A DNA stretch of 64,000 nt from a virus (lineage: Duplodnaviria > Heunggongvirae > Uroviricota > Caudoviricetes): the IMG/VR virus record IMGVR_UViG_3300029610_000240, one strand, 5' to 3'. The notes beneath the pieces were generated by a model, which made no database searches, was not told the origin of the DNA, and saw only the letters and a program-made list of their open reading frames with translations. Numbering within the stretch: position 1 is the first letter of the stretch; each line of letters starts with the position of its first letter. Positions 10,501 through 19,460 of this stretch are shown here, one piece after another. A program made the position numbers and the translations under genes.

Positions 10501-11232
10501 AACTGGGAAGTAACCAGTGAAGAGAAAGCTACTTGTGAAAAAGATGGTTCTAAGACATACACTTGTGCAGACTGCAAAGAAACAAAGACAGAAACGATTC
10601 CTGCCACTGGACACAAGTTTAGTGATTGGCAGACCGTAACAACACAAAGTGTCTTTACTGGCGGGGTACAGAAACGAATTTGTAGTATCTGTGGAAAAGA
10701 AGAAACCAGAAATGTGGGCAATCAGCTGAAAGCTACGATCAAAACCAATGCATCATCCTTAAAGCTGAAACGCAAACAGGCAACAAAGAAATTTGTGGTA
10801 AGTGGACTTGCAGCGGGAGATTCTGTAAAATCTTGGACAAGCAGCAATCAGAAGATTGTAAAAGTTTTCGGAAGTAGAAACGGAGCGTGTACGATCAAAG
10901 CAGGAAATAAGACTGGAAAAGCTAAGATCACGATTACACTGGTATCAGGACTGAAAAAGACGATCAATGTAACCGTTCAGAAAAATGCGGTTGCTTGTAC
11001 ATCCATTAAAAATGTACCGAAAAAAATAACATTAAATGCGAAAAAATCTTATCAGTTGAAACCAGTGATCAATCCGATCACATGCACTTACAAAGCGATA
11101 TATAAGACTTCTAACAAAAAGATCGTAAAAGTGACATCAAGAGGAAAAATCACAGCTGTAAAGAAAGGGAAAGCAAAGATCACAGTTATGGTAGGTAAAA
11201 AGAAGTTTGTATGCACTGTAACAATCAAATAA
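7513..11232 (+). CDS. secreted transglutaminase-like protein with Cys-rich tandem repeats and C-terminal Big_2 domains
   Basis: Signal peptide. Cys-His-Asp core context: CDGYAGTFYY..RHAWNLVQIDGIYYYADPT. More than 15 repeats of the type ATCTEDGEKTYTC..CG.TKTE.IPATGH. Big_2-like tail: KITAVKKGKAKITV. Confidence 0.8.
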   Translation: MSKVKKGKRVAAAAMAVALSMATVTTGVLPNTTVHVHAEEDGSVYKKIADSSVDGFYYEQNVWGYVQCTTDKTLEYSSYDEMIKKLSAITKKIVQENAYDRYSFSFPIKISSAAKDERFENGQVNKDLKNEIYKETGDPKGGHTMIAMGGGSTQIYDISYSESEKAYVGEVSGSGGYGEKRNRYQEATKKLDEVIRSLNLDGKSDYDKFKAVTNWIVSNVRYDDDNETKYQHDLTGAVLDGLAVCDGYAGTFYYMANAVGLNALFEDGIDNDNRIRHAWNLVQIDGIYYYADPTNAYFKEDGEPGSEVLYGQKHFFSLDTPDSTTIEDTYKNISQDDYLKEHSVCKGNHNLRENGGKSAQCTTPATIHYECTNPGCLYEYDVESSPALGHAWDEGKITQEQSCDNPEITTYTCTRSNCKKKKQVETKPALGHTWDEGKITKEATCSETGVKTYTCSRCGGTKTEEIPKTKHDYKEHVVKAPTCTEKGVSYYVCKNCGLTTSRHQTPATGHIHTEVRNQKDATYKENGYTGDTYCKDCGKKLETGTVIPKLVEKEHDYGEWVLDQAPTCKKYGARHRICKNCGDREVDVLDKVDHSWELVSTTPATCTIGEIQHYKCSVCGETKDVTLSNPLGEHSWDNGKVTKKATCTEDGEKTYTCTVCNTTKTEVISATGHQHKEVRNAKKATCTEDGYTGDTYCKDCGEKLETGSVIKKLGHTWDNGVITKEATETEEGVKTYTCKTCGETKTESIPVTSHHWDQGTITKKATCTENGEKTYRCTDADCDKTYVETIPATGHQHTEVRDKKDATCEKDGYSGDTYCKDCGQLISKGAIVKATGHSWDDGKVTEAATCKKEGIKTYTCKNCGETKTESIPKTEHQWDNGKVTKEATCKEEGSKTYTCSICGDTKTEVIPKKDHTWDEGKVTKKATCTEDGLKVYTCKSCGETKEEALKATGHQYTELRNEKKATCTEEGYTGDTYCTDCGELIKKGSATEKANHNWEVTSEEKATCEKDGSKTYTCADCKETKTETIPATGHKFSDWQTVTTQSVFTGGVQKRICSICGKEETRNVGNQLKATIKTNASSLKLKRKQATKKFVVSGLAAGDSVKSWTSSNQKIVKVFGSRNGACTIKAGNKTGKAKITITLVSGLKKTINVTVQKNAVACTSIKNVPKKITLNAKKSYQLKPVINPITCTYKAIYKTSNKKIVKVTSRGKITAVKKGKAKITVMVGKKKFVCTVTIK

Positions 11233-11324
11233 GGACTATTTGCCGAGTAGTTCACGAAAATAGAGCACCAGAGATATCCACAGTCAATTTGACTGTGGAT
11301 ATCTAACAAAGGAGAATAATTTTT

Positions 11325-12146
11325 ATGAAAATAATAAAGTACCTCACAGTATTTTGCATGATGATATGTATGATCATGCAATTAAATATAAATGTTTCAG
11401 CAAATGAAAATAATATATGTTATGTCGCTCACAGAGGATATACGAAATATGCACCAGAGAATTCAATTCCTGCATTCGAAGCCGCAGGAAAAGAAGGTTT
11501 TCAAGCAGTTGAGTGTGACATTCATGAAACTGCCAAGGATAAAAAGGGAAAACGTAGATTTGTGATCATGCACGATCAAACATTAAATCGTATGTGTGGA
11601 TTATCTGGAAAAAATATATATCAAAAGAAATTAACATATCAAAAGATTCGAAGCAAATATCATATCAAAACAGGAAACAATATTGAATCATATACAAAAA
11701 AACAATTAAGGATACCGTCTCTTGAGGAATATTTAAGTATTTGCAAAAGATATCATATGAAGCCTGTGATCGAGATCAAACAAAAGATGAAAAAAGATAC
11801 GATCAAACGACTGTATCAAAGTCTAAAAAAAGCAAAAATGCAAAATCAGGCAGTCGTTACTTGTAAATACAAACAACAGCTTACTTATATGAGAAAATAC
11901 GCACGTAAAATGCCATTAGAATATGTTAGGCATGATTTTACTCAGAACGATCTCTCATGGATGAAGAAGTATCATATTAATGTAAGTATTAACAAAAATA
12001 TCTTGTCGGATGATATGATTCAGTTATTTGAAGCAAATAATATAAAGATTAATATCTGGACGATCAATAATAAAGATCAATTATATAATTTTACCAACAA
12101 AGGAATAAAAATTGTAACAAGTGATGATGCTTTGTGGAAAGAGTAA
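11325..12146 (+). CDS. glycerophosphodiester phosphodiesterase family protein
   Basis: Signal peptide, then VAHRGYTKYAPENSIPAFEAA..GFQAVECDIHET..IMHDQTLNR, the GDPD catalytic pattern. Confidence 0.8.
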   Translation: MKIIKYLTVFCMMICMIMQLNINVSANENNICYVAHRGYTKYAPENSIPAFEAAGKEGFQAVECDIHETAKDKKGKRRFVIMHDQTLNRMCGLSGKNIYQKKLTYQKIRSKYHIKTGNNIESYTKKQLRIPSLEEYLSICKRYHMKPVIEIKQKMKKDTIKRLYQSLKKAKMQNQAVVTCKYKQQLTYMRKYARKMPLEYVRHDFTQNDLSWMKKYHINVSINKNILSDDMIQLFEANNIKINIWTINNKDQLYNFTNKGIKIVTSDDALWKE

Positions 12147-12332
12147 GAAGGATGATTCCACAGTCTTTTGGCTGTGGGATTTTTGTATATCTTTAGAATT
12201 TTAGAATAATTTCATAAAATACGCATAAAATAAAAAATATGACACATATTGATAAAAAATATGATTTTTAGTATAATAAAGGAGTGTTATTTCGTGAATT
12301 ACGAATTTAAAATTTCAAGGGGGAAAGAGAAA

Positions 12333-13451
12333 ATGATAGTGATGGATGTTAAAATCAATAATTTTTATGCGTTTAAAGATTTTCATATGAACATGTCATA
12401 TCCAAAAAAAATAGTGAATTCATACATTCGAGATGAACATTTAAAAGAACGTCCGAATTTCAGATACAAAAAAGTAAATATCATAATGGGAGCAAATGCA
12501 ACAGGAAAGACATCGTTTGGTCAAATGTTGATGTCCGTATTTAACTTTATTCATAAAAAAGAGACTGCATATTTGATAAATCGTATTTGTGATGTGAAAA
12601 AAGAAGCAAATTTTTCGATAGATTTTGTCATGAATAGATTTACTTTATATTCTATGCAGATAATTATACATCCAGTGAACGACGATGATTATACGGAAAA
12701 CAATATAGAAGTAAAGATTGATAAGATAAAAATAAATAAAAATGATAGTTATGAAAGTTGCAAGAAGCGTATGGAAAGCAAAAATAACCTTTCAGAATAC
12801 ACAGCAAGTTATGTAGAGGAATTAGATAAGTTGAGCAGATTATCATGGCTGTTTGTTTCTCCAGAAAAAGAAGAAAAATTTAAATTTCCAAAAGGAGATT
12901 TTAAGAAAATTTATATTACAGTTTTAGAAAAGACATTAAAAGCATTAGATCCTTCCATAGAAAAAGTAGAAGAACTAAACGATATTGATGATTCTTATGT
13001 AATACGCATGAAATCAAAAAATGTGATTATTCAGGAAGGATCAATTGTAAATGAAAGTATTTTATCAAGTGGTACGAAAGCAGGACTTGAAATCGCTAGG
13101 ATCGTTGCTTCAATCCTGACAAATAGAAATCAGTTTTATTATTGTGACGAAAAATTTTCTTACGTGCATAGTGATATTGAAAAAGCTTTTCTATCAATCA
13201 TGATTGACAAGCTGGGGGAAAATGAACAGTTATTTTTCACAACGCATAACATGGATATTCTGGATTTAACATTGCCTAAACACTCATTCATATTTATGAA
13301 AAAAGATATTTATAATGAAAAGATGCCAATAAAATGTATCAGTGCAGACGAAATATTAAAAAGAAATACAGATTCTCTAAAATCAGCAGTTGAAAATGAT
13401 TTATTCTGTACCGCACCAAGTGTAGATTGCGTATATGATATCATTTCGTAA
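12333..13451 (+). CDS. AAA/ABC-type ATPase (AAA_21-like), candidate defence ATPase
   Basis: Walker A GANATGKTS and late FFTTHNMDILD motif. Start moved to the ATG at 12333, behind the RBS GGGGGAAAGAG. Confidence 0.7.
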   Translation: MIVMDVKINNFYAFKDFHMNMSYPKKIVNSYIRDEHLKERPNFRYKKVNIIMGANATGKTSFGQMLMSVFNFIHKKETAYLINRICDVKKEANFSIDFVMNRFTLYSMQIIIHPVNDDDYTENNIEVKIDKIKINKNDSYESCKKRMESKNNLSEYTASYVEELDKLSRLSWLFVSPEKEEKFKFPKGDFKKIYITVLEKTLKALDPSIEKVEELNDIDDSYVIRMKSKNVIIQEGSIVNESILSSGTKAGLEIARIVASILTNRNQFYYCDEKFSYVHSDIEKAFLSIMIDKLGENEQLFFTTHNMDILDLTLPKHSFIFMKKDIYNEKMPIKCISADEILKRNTDSLKSAVENDLFCTAPSVDCVYDIIS

Positions 13452-13465
13452 AAGGGGATAAAACA

Positions 13466-13969
13466 ATGGCTACAAAATATTATTTATATTATGTTGAAGG
13501 AGAAGATGAAAAGAAGGTTGTTGATACATTAAAAAAAGATATGAAGTTAATCAGACCTGGAGTTTCGCAAGTATTTAATGTTGTAGAAAATGAATTGACA
13601 AATGCTAGACTTATGACAATTAAGGAAAATACAACCGTTGTGCTGATTTTTGATACAGATACAGGAAATACAGAAAAAGTCAGGAAAAATATCGAGCTTC
13701 TAAAAAAAGCTAGAAATGTGAAAGAGATTGTATGTATTACACAAGTAAAAAATTTGGAAGATGAATGGGTTCGAAGCTGCGATGTGAAGAAACCTCAAGA
13801 ATTAACTGGAAGTGATTCCTTAACTAATTATAAAAGAGCATTAAGAAAAATCACAAATCTTGATAAAAAATTAAAAGAACATCATTTTGATTTTCAAAAG
13901 TTTTGGAAAAAATCAGATCCTGTGTATGAAGATATAAAAAATGAATCAGATAAAATTCGATTAAAATAA
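13466..13969 (+). CDS. small DUF4435/TOPRIM-like partner of the ATPase
   Basis: YYVEGEDEKKVV..VVLIFDTDTG acidic pattern as in DUF4435/OLD-type TOPRIM, recalled from memory. Tightly coupled to the upstream ATPase. Confidence 0.4.
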   Translation: MATKYYLYYVEGEDEKKVVDTLKKDMKLIRPGVSQVFNVVENELTNARLMTIKENTTVVLIFDTDTGNTEKVRKNIELLKKARNVKEIVCITQVKNLEDEWVRSCDVKKPQELTGSDSLTNYKRALRKITNLDKKLKEHHFDFQKFWKKSDPVYEDIKNESDKIRLK

Positions 13970-13978
13970 AGGAGTTTA

Positions 13979-15370
13979 TTGCTAATGTTGCGTACAATCG
14001 AAATGTGCACAAATGAATACAAAGATACAACACAAAAGGAAATCCGAAAGAAAAAAGGACAGTTTTTTACACCGGCAGAGGTTTCGATGAGAATGGCTGC
14101 TGTAGAAAATAAATATCCGAAGAATCAATTAATAAGGGTGTTAGATCCAGGAGCAGGAAACGGTATTTTATCTTTTGCCATGATTGATAAATTACTAAGA
14201 AGTGGGTATAAACGGCTTGATATTACACTGATTGAAACGGATACAGAGATTTTACCAGTCTTAGAATATACAATCACTAAAATTAGACAAATCTGTGAAT
14301 CATATCATGCAGAATGTACTATCCATTATATTGATCAAAATTTCGTGTTATGGGAATCCTCCTGTTTATATGATATCGTCATATGTAATCCTCCATATAT
14401 GAAAGTAAGAAAAGATTCTATCGAAGCAACGGCAATGAAGGCATATGTATATGGACAGCCTAACCTATATGGATTGTTTATGGCAAAAGCAGTAGAATTA
14501 TTGCGTGATAATGGACAGTACATTTTTATTACTCCCCGTTCGTGGACTTCTGGAAAATATTTTACGAAAGTACGGAGCTTCTTACAAAAAGAATTGAACA
14601 TAAAAGAAATCGACCTTTTTTCAAGTCGTGATGAAGTTTTTCAGGGAGAGAAAGTTCTTCAGGAGACAATGATCTTATATGGAGAAAAAGGACAGATTCA
14701 AAATGAGAAAATTAAAATTAATATTCTTAAAGACGGAACTTTAGATACAGGAAACAGTTTTTGGGCAGCAGCAGATCAGATTAAGTTTAAAGGATCAGAA
14801 CAATATCTGCTTTTACCAGAAAATGAAAATGATCTTAAAATTATAGATATAATGTCTGATATGACAGATTCTTTTGAGTCCAGTGGATATCACTTCAAAA
14901 CGGGACCAGTTGTAGAATTTCGAAATTTAGATCATATTCATAAAATATATCAAACTGGAGATATCCCAATGTATCGTTCGATACATATACAAAATGGAAC
15001 TCTGCAGTTTCCTGCCGATACTCAAAAAGCACAATATGTTAGTGCGGATGAAGAATCCTTGTTGATCCCAAAGCAAAATACTATTTTAGTTCGTCGGTTG
15101 AGTATGAAAGAAGATTTAAAACGTATTCAGGCTTGCAAATATTTTGCAGATGAAAATACAGACTTAAATACAGAATTTATGACTGTTGAAAATCATGTAA
15201 ATTATCTAACACGTAAAGATGGTATGGAAATGACCAGAAATGAAATAGATCAGCTGTTTGATATTTTAATGTCAGATATGTATGAACGTTATATCCGATT
15301 GATCAACGGAAGTACACAGATAAATGCGGGAGAACTTAATAAATTACCATTACAGAGGATTGAACGATGA
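13979..15370 (+). CDS. N6-adenine DNA methyltransferase (gamma class)
   Basis: GQFFTP, the AdoMet motif VLDPGAGNGIL and the catalytic NPPY (ICNPPYMKV). Confidence 0.85.
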   Translation: MLMLRTIEMCTNEYKDTTQKEIRKKKGQFFTPAEVSMRMAAVENKYPKNQLIRVLDPGAGNGILSFAMIDKLLRSGYKRLDITLIETDTEILPVLEYTITKIRQICESYHAECTIHYIDQNFVLWESSCLYDIVICNPPYMKVRKDSIEATAMKAYVYGQPNLYGLFMAKAVELLRDNGQYIFITPRSWTSGKYFTKVRSFLQKELNIKEIDLFSSRDEVFQGEKVLQETMILYGEKGQIQNEKIKINILKDGTLDTGNSFWAAADQIKFKGSEQYLLLPENENDLKIIDIMSDMTDSFESSGYHFKTGPVVEFRNLDHIHKIYQTGDIPMYRSIHIQNGTLQFPADTQKAQYVSADEESLLIPKQNTILVRRLSMKEDLKRIQACKYFADENTDLNTEFMTVENHVNYLTRKDGMEMTRNEIDQLFDILMSDMYERYIRLINGSTQINAGELNKLPLQRIER

Positions 15371-16359
15371 AAAGAAATGTAGAAAAATATGATTATCAGG
15401 TATTGAATGATGCAAAAAATATTCTTATGGAAATTGATATGCCAAAAGAACTTTATAATCCAAGGTGTGTTATGATATTTTGTGCATGTGCCCAGATGAT
15501 AGATGGAAAATCATGGAGGCATATATCAGAAGAATATATGAGTGTCCATGATATTATCAAATATGTAAATGATGTATTTCCTAATAAAGCAGGTTTGGAT
15601 AAAAAAGGATATCAGGAAAATAGCAGGGAAACATTTCGGGATGAAACTCTAAAACGTTGGGTAAGTGCAGCAATCATTGAATCTAAAGCAGGACTGGCAG
15701 CCAATGATAGAAACAATGGATATCGTTTTACTTCCGCTTTTGCCGCATTGGTAAGAACTTATGGAAGTGATCAGTGGGAAGATTCCCTGTCAGCATTTAT
15801 GGAAACTTATGAAAGCTATAGTAAAAAATTAAAACAAGTAAAATCCCTGCCGAAAGGATATGATGTGACTTGCGGAAATATTACAGTTAAATTAGGATTA
15901 TCCGCACATAATAAATTACAAAAACAGATTTTAGAAGAGTTTGTTCCCAATTTTGCATCTGGAGCAGAATTATTATATATAGGCGATACATCCGATCGTA
16001 CATTACAAAGAGATGACAAACGATTATCAGAATTAGGAATTAAAATCCTAGAAGATACTTCAAAACTTCCAGATATTATTTTATATGATTCTGATAAAAA
16101 TCGAATCATATATGTGGAAGCGTACTCCAGTACCGGAGAATTTAATAAGGATCGAGTCGATTATATTAATACATATTGCTCATATAAAAATGATATTGAA
16201 GTGGCATTTGTAACAGCATTTGCAACAACAAAAAAGATGCTTCAGGTTTATCCAAAGATTGCATGGGACACAGAGATCTGGATTGCCGAAGAAGCAACAC
16301 ATCTGACTCATAAAAACGGAGATAGATTTATGGGAAGGAATCCCGAAGAGTTTTTATAG
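15367..16359 (+). CDS. type II restriction endonuclease, BsuBI/PstI-like
   Basis: Overlaps the methyltransferase stop (ATGA). 330 aa with PD-(D/E)xK-like PDIILYDSDKNRIIYVEAYSS. Family assignment is from memory of PstI-type size and organisation. Confidence 0.55.
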   Translation: MKRNVEKYDYQVLNDAKNILMEIDMPKELYNPRCVMIFCACAQMIDGKSWRHISEEYMSVHDIIKYVNDVFPNKAGLDKKGYQENSRETFRDETLKRWVSAAIIESKAGLAANDRNNGYRFTSAFAALVRTYGSDQWEDSLSAFMETYESYSKKLKQVKSLPKGYDVTCGNITVKLGLSAHNKLQKQILEEFVPNFASGAELLYIGDTSDRTLQRDDKRLSELGIKILEDTSKLPDIILYDSDKNRIIYVEAYSSTGEFNKDRVDYINTYCSYKNDIEVAFVTAFATTKKMLQVYPKIAWDTEIWIAEEATHLTHKNGDRFMGRNPEEFL

Positions 16360-16410
16360 AAATACTTTGATTGGTATAGAATTCTTTTTGTGGTTGTGAT
16401 AATATAATAT

Positions 16411-16650
16411 GAAAGTTGTGTTTGCGAACGCAAGACACTGGCAACAAGGCAAAAAGTTGTAGTCCATACAGAGGACTTCCGAAATCTGTAACGTAATACA
16501 CATTTTTAGAATGTGTGATCCCGGTGACTGGGCGATAAGTCATAACCCATATGGAGGGTTTCCAAAATCCATAACTGAATAGCTCATCTACCATTTACTA
16601 GGAAGAAAGAGAAACCCTACCTGTGTTATTATATAGGTAGGGTTTGTTAT
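16411..16650 (+). ncRNA. candidate structured RNA of unknown class
   Basis: TATAAT at 16403..16408. Several local hairpins: GTGTTTGCG/CGCAAGACAC, AGTCC/GGACT, ACACAT/ATGTGT, ATGGA/TCCAT. Ends with an 11-bp terminator stem AAACCCTACCT/AGGTAGGGTTT at 16612..16645. No ORF. Confidence 0.3.
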
Positions 16651-16843
16651 AAATTTGTGGCGAAAACCCACACGCTTGCGTGTGGGATGAAAGCTACATT
16701 TCACTTGACATATACATAGATTAAATATATATATTAAAATACAGAAAGAAAACAGACCATGAGTAAGAGCAACTATGATATAAACACGCATACAACACAA
16801 AATAATGCTACACAATATCATTCAAGTCGTGGAGGAAAAAATA

Positions 16844-17023
16844 ATGGCACAAACTAAAAGTGACAATGTACAAATAAATATTTCTATTCCTACTGGATGG
16901 AAAACAGAACTTGAAAATCTTGCTCGTATCTATTCTGTTGAAGAAGGAAAAACCATCACTTTTCTTGACTTAATGCGTAGAGGTATTCAGGAAAAATATC
17001 AATTAGGAGAAAAAAGGCAGTGA
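16844..17023 (+). CDS. ribbon-helix-helix (CopG-like) small protein
   Basis: ATG at 16844 behind GGAGGAAAAAA. Beta-strand then two helices: VQINISIPTGWKTELENLARIYSVEEGKTITFLDLMRRGI. Confidence 0.5.
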   Translation: MAQTKSDNVQINISIPTGWKTELENLARIYSVEEGKTITFLDLMRRGIQEKYQLGEKRQ

Positions 17024-17433
17024 GTGAGGAACAATATCATAGTGCTTCACATTGTAAATATTTGATACAGTATCATATCATTTGGTGTCCCAAGTTCAGA
17101 TTTTCAGTATTACAAGGAAATGTCGATATCATTCTTAAACAGATATTACAGAAAATTTGTAATGATTATAAATACAAGATCAAAGCACTCGAAGTGATGC
17201 CAGATCATATACATATTTTCATAGATGTTCCGCAGACAGTTGCTCCTTGTGATGTTGTAAGAACTCTCAAAAGTATCAGTGCTATCGAATTATTTAAAGT
17301 ATTTCCAAAATTAAAACAGTTCTATGCGAAATGCGGAGTATTATGGCCAAGAGGATACTTTGTATCTACTGTCGGACATATAAGCGAAGCTACAGTAATT
17401 AAGTATATTGAGGAGCAGAAAAATGATAAGTGA
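17020..17433 (+). CDS. tnpA: IS200/IS605 Y1 transposase TnpA
   Basis: YHIIWCPKFR, intact HUH (PDHIHIFI) and the catalytic Tyr helix VIKYIEEQ. Confidence 0.9.
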   Translation: MSEEQYHSASHCKYLIQYHIIWCPKFRFSVLQGNVDIILKQILQKICNDYKYKIKALEVMPDHIHIFIDVPQTVAPCDVVRTLKSISAIELFKVFPKLKQFYAKCGVLWPRGYFVSTVGHISEATVIKYIEEQKNDK

Positions 17434-19036
17434 TAAAGAATATAAAAAACTTTTAAAACAATTTCATAAACTTTCTGACAGGCATATCTTGGTTGTAGAA
17501 ACCGATATGCCATCTTCTGATGTACAAAAGGTTGTGATTCTTTCTGATAAGATCAGAAAAGCAGGTAATGAGCTTGTTGGTCTTATGAGAAAGAATTATG
17601 ACCAACTTATGCGTACTAAAAAATATCGCAAGTTGCTAAAACTCTATGGTTCTACCAACGATAAAAAGAAACACAGAGATCTAGCAAATCAGCTCAATGA
17701 AATGCAAAAACAGTACAATGTCACATGGGATCATTGCAGAAACGCTATGATACATATAGGTAAGAAATATAGTATTGATGCCGTATTTGCCCTTACAAAA
17801 GCTGAAGATATATGGCGTGGTATTGAAAAATGTCTTTATAACAATGGTAAAACTATTCATTTTTCTAAATATGGTGAGTTGCCTTGTATCAGGGCAAAAC
17901 AGATAAATCGTGGCATTTCAATGTCTGTTAAAGATAATGAATTAAAATTCAAATTAAAGGGAAATGTATTTGGGATACAGGTTAAAGATAGATTTCAAAC
18001 AGATGAAGTTTGTGCGGTTTTAGAATATTTATCAAGATCAGAGATCATAAATGATAAAGCAATAAATAAATTTTTAGATAAAGCATACTGTATTGATACA
18101 TACAGACCTTGCTATGCTACTCTTGTACCTAAATTTATTCGTGGAAAATATAGGGTGTATTTGCATCTTACTATTGAAGGTAAGGCGAAACCTAAATATG
18201 ATAGGTTTGGTAATCCAAGACATAAGTTTGGCAAAGGTATTATAGGCGCAGATATTGGTACACAGACTGTTGCGTATACATCAAATACTGAGGTGGGCTT
18301 GAAAAATCTTTCAGAGCGTGGTAACAGTATTCAGACTTCTGAAAGAAGAGAACGTCTGCTTTACCGTGCGATGGACAGGTCAAGACGTGCAACTGATCCG
18401 CAAAACTATAATGATGATGGTACTGTTAAAAAAGGCCGCAAAACTTGGAAATATTCTAATCATTATAAAAAGCTAAAAGCTAAACACTCTGAACTATGTC
18501 GTATCAATGCTATAAACAGACAGCTTGCAATAAATGAAGACGCTAACCATTTAAGAAGTCTTGGAGATGTATTTATCACGGAACCTAAAAATGCAAGTAA
18601 ACTTATGAAACGAACTAAAGATACTACGGTCAATAGTAAAGGTAAGTTTCATAAGAAAAAGCGTTTTGGAAAATCCATAAAGAACAGATGTCCTTCTGGG
18701 TTTCAAACTACTGTAGAGCGGAAATTTAAGGTATCAGGTGGTATATATATTGAAGTACCTAATAATTACAGAGCAAGTCAATATGACCATACAGCAGATG
18801 ATTATATCAAGAAAAAGCTGTCTGATAGAATATATAAACTTACTGACGGAACATTGGTACAAAGAGATTGGTATTCATCATTCTTATTATACTGTTACGA
18901 TTACAGAACTAAAGATATAGATAAAAACAAATGTATTTCTGAATTTGATAAGTGTTACAACAAAGAAAAAGCTCTGATCGAATGGATCAAGGCTAACAAG
19001 ATCAAAATATTAAATAGCGGAATTAAGATATCGTAA
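17408..19036 (+). CDS. TnpB-like RuvC protein, 542 aa, without a recognisable Zn finger
   Basis: RuvC-like triad candidates: GADIGTQTVAY (D), FITEPKNASK (E), LVQRDWYSSF (D). No CxxC..CxxC between the last two. Confidence 0.6.
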   Translation: MRSRKMISDKEYKKLLKQFHKLSDRHILVVETDMPSSDVQKVVILSDKIRKAGNELVGLMRKNYDQLMRTKKYRKLLKLYGSTNDKKKHRDLANQLNEMQKQYNVTWDHCRNAMIHIGKKYSIDAVFALTKAEDIWRGIEKCLYNNGKTIHFSKYGELPCIRAKQINRGISMSVKDNELKFKLKGNVFGIQVKDRFQTDEVCAVLEYLSRSEIINDKAINKFLDKAYCIDTYRPCYATLVPKFIRGKYRVYLHLTIEGKAKPKYDRFGNPRHKFGKGIIGADIGTQTVAYTSNTEVGLKNLSERGNSIQTSERRERLLYRAMDRSRRATDPQNYNDDGTVKKGRKTWKYSNHYKKLKAKHSELCRINAINRQLAINEDANHLRSLGDVFITEPKNASKLMKRTKDTTVNSKGKFHKKKRFGKSIKNRCPSGFQTTVERKFKVSGGIYIEVPNNYRASQYDHTADDYIKKKLSDRIYKLTDGTLVQRDWYSSFLLYCYDYRTKDIDKNKCISEFDKCYNKEKALIEWIKANKIKILNSGIKIS

Positions 19037-19235
19037 AACATATTTAGGAAGATTGACTATACTTCCTTACGAAAGTAGAAATTTACCGTCAATGTGGTCG
19101 TTGGACTGCTTGGTAATGAAAGCTCTGATTCAAATAGACTTACACTTGTAACTCCAAAGTCTGAAAATGATGTACGATTACAAGCTACACTTGATAATCA
19201 GAACCCCACGGGCTTGCCCGTGGGAGTAGTCAGAT
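19037..19235 (+). ncRNA. putative omega/right-end RNA of the TnpB-like gene
   Basis: Non-coding 3' flank ending in the right-end hairpin. Position is as expected for TnpB guide RNAs; no direct evidence. Confidence 0.35.
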
Positions 19236-19460
19236 ATAAAATTATATTTATTGTTTTGAATAAAAAATAAATTTTTTATCAAGATACACAAATGATATAA
19301 TTTGTGCTATAATTTATATCATGAGTTGTTGTATCAAAAGGCAACTTTTTATTAGAAAATTGGATATAAGGACAGTTTATGTCAAGGAAATAGAGATATT
19401 CAGAGAAATATCTCTATTTTTTTATCATTTTTTGCTTTAGTGGAGAAAGGAGACGTGCAA

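Larger units (their letters stand above)
16660..19235 (+). mobile_element. IS200/IS605-family element (RHH gene, tnpA, long TnpB-like gene)
   Basis: Related subterminal hairpins: CCCACACGC-TT-GCGTGTGGG (16667..16686) and CCCACGGGC-TT-GCCCGTGGG (19205..19224). They bracket three co-oriented genes. Confidence 0.7.

Noticed and set aside
8147-10721. Minus-strand ORFs (e.g. 9622..10257, 211 aa) and the periodic repeat signal in the 7513..11232 gene, considered as a possible repeat array
   Set aside because: The periodicity is the Cys-rich protein repeat on the plus strand. The antisense frames stay open only because of the biased repeat codons.
19300-19425. Possible 39-aa ORF or small RNA between a TGCTATAAT promoter and the AGAGATATT/AAATATCTCT terminator
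   Set aside because: There is too little evidence for either a peptide or a functional RNA. Noted only as a short transcription unit candidate.
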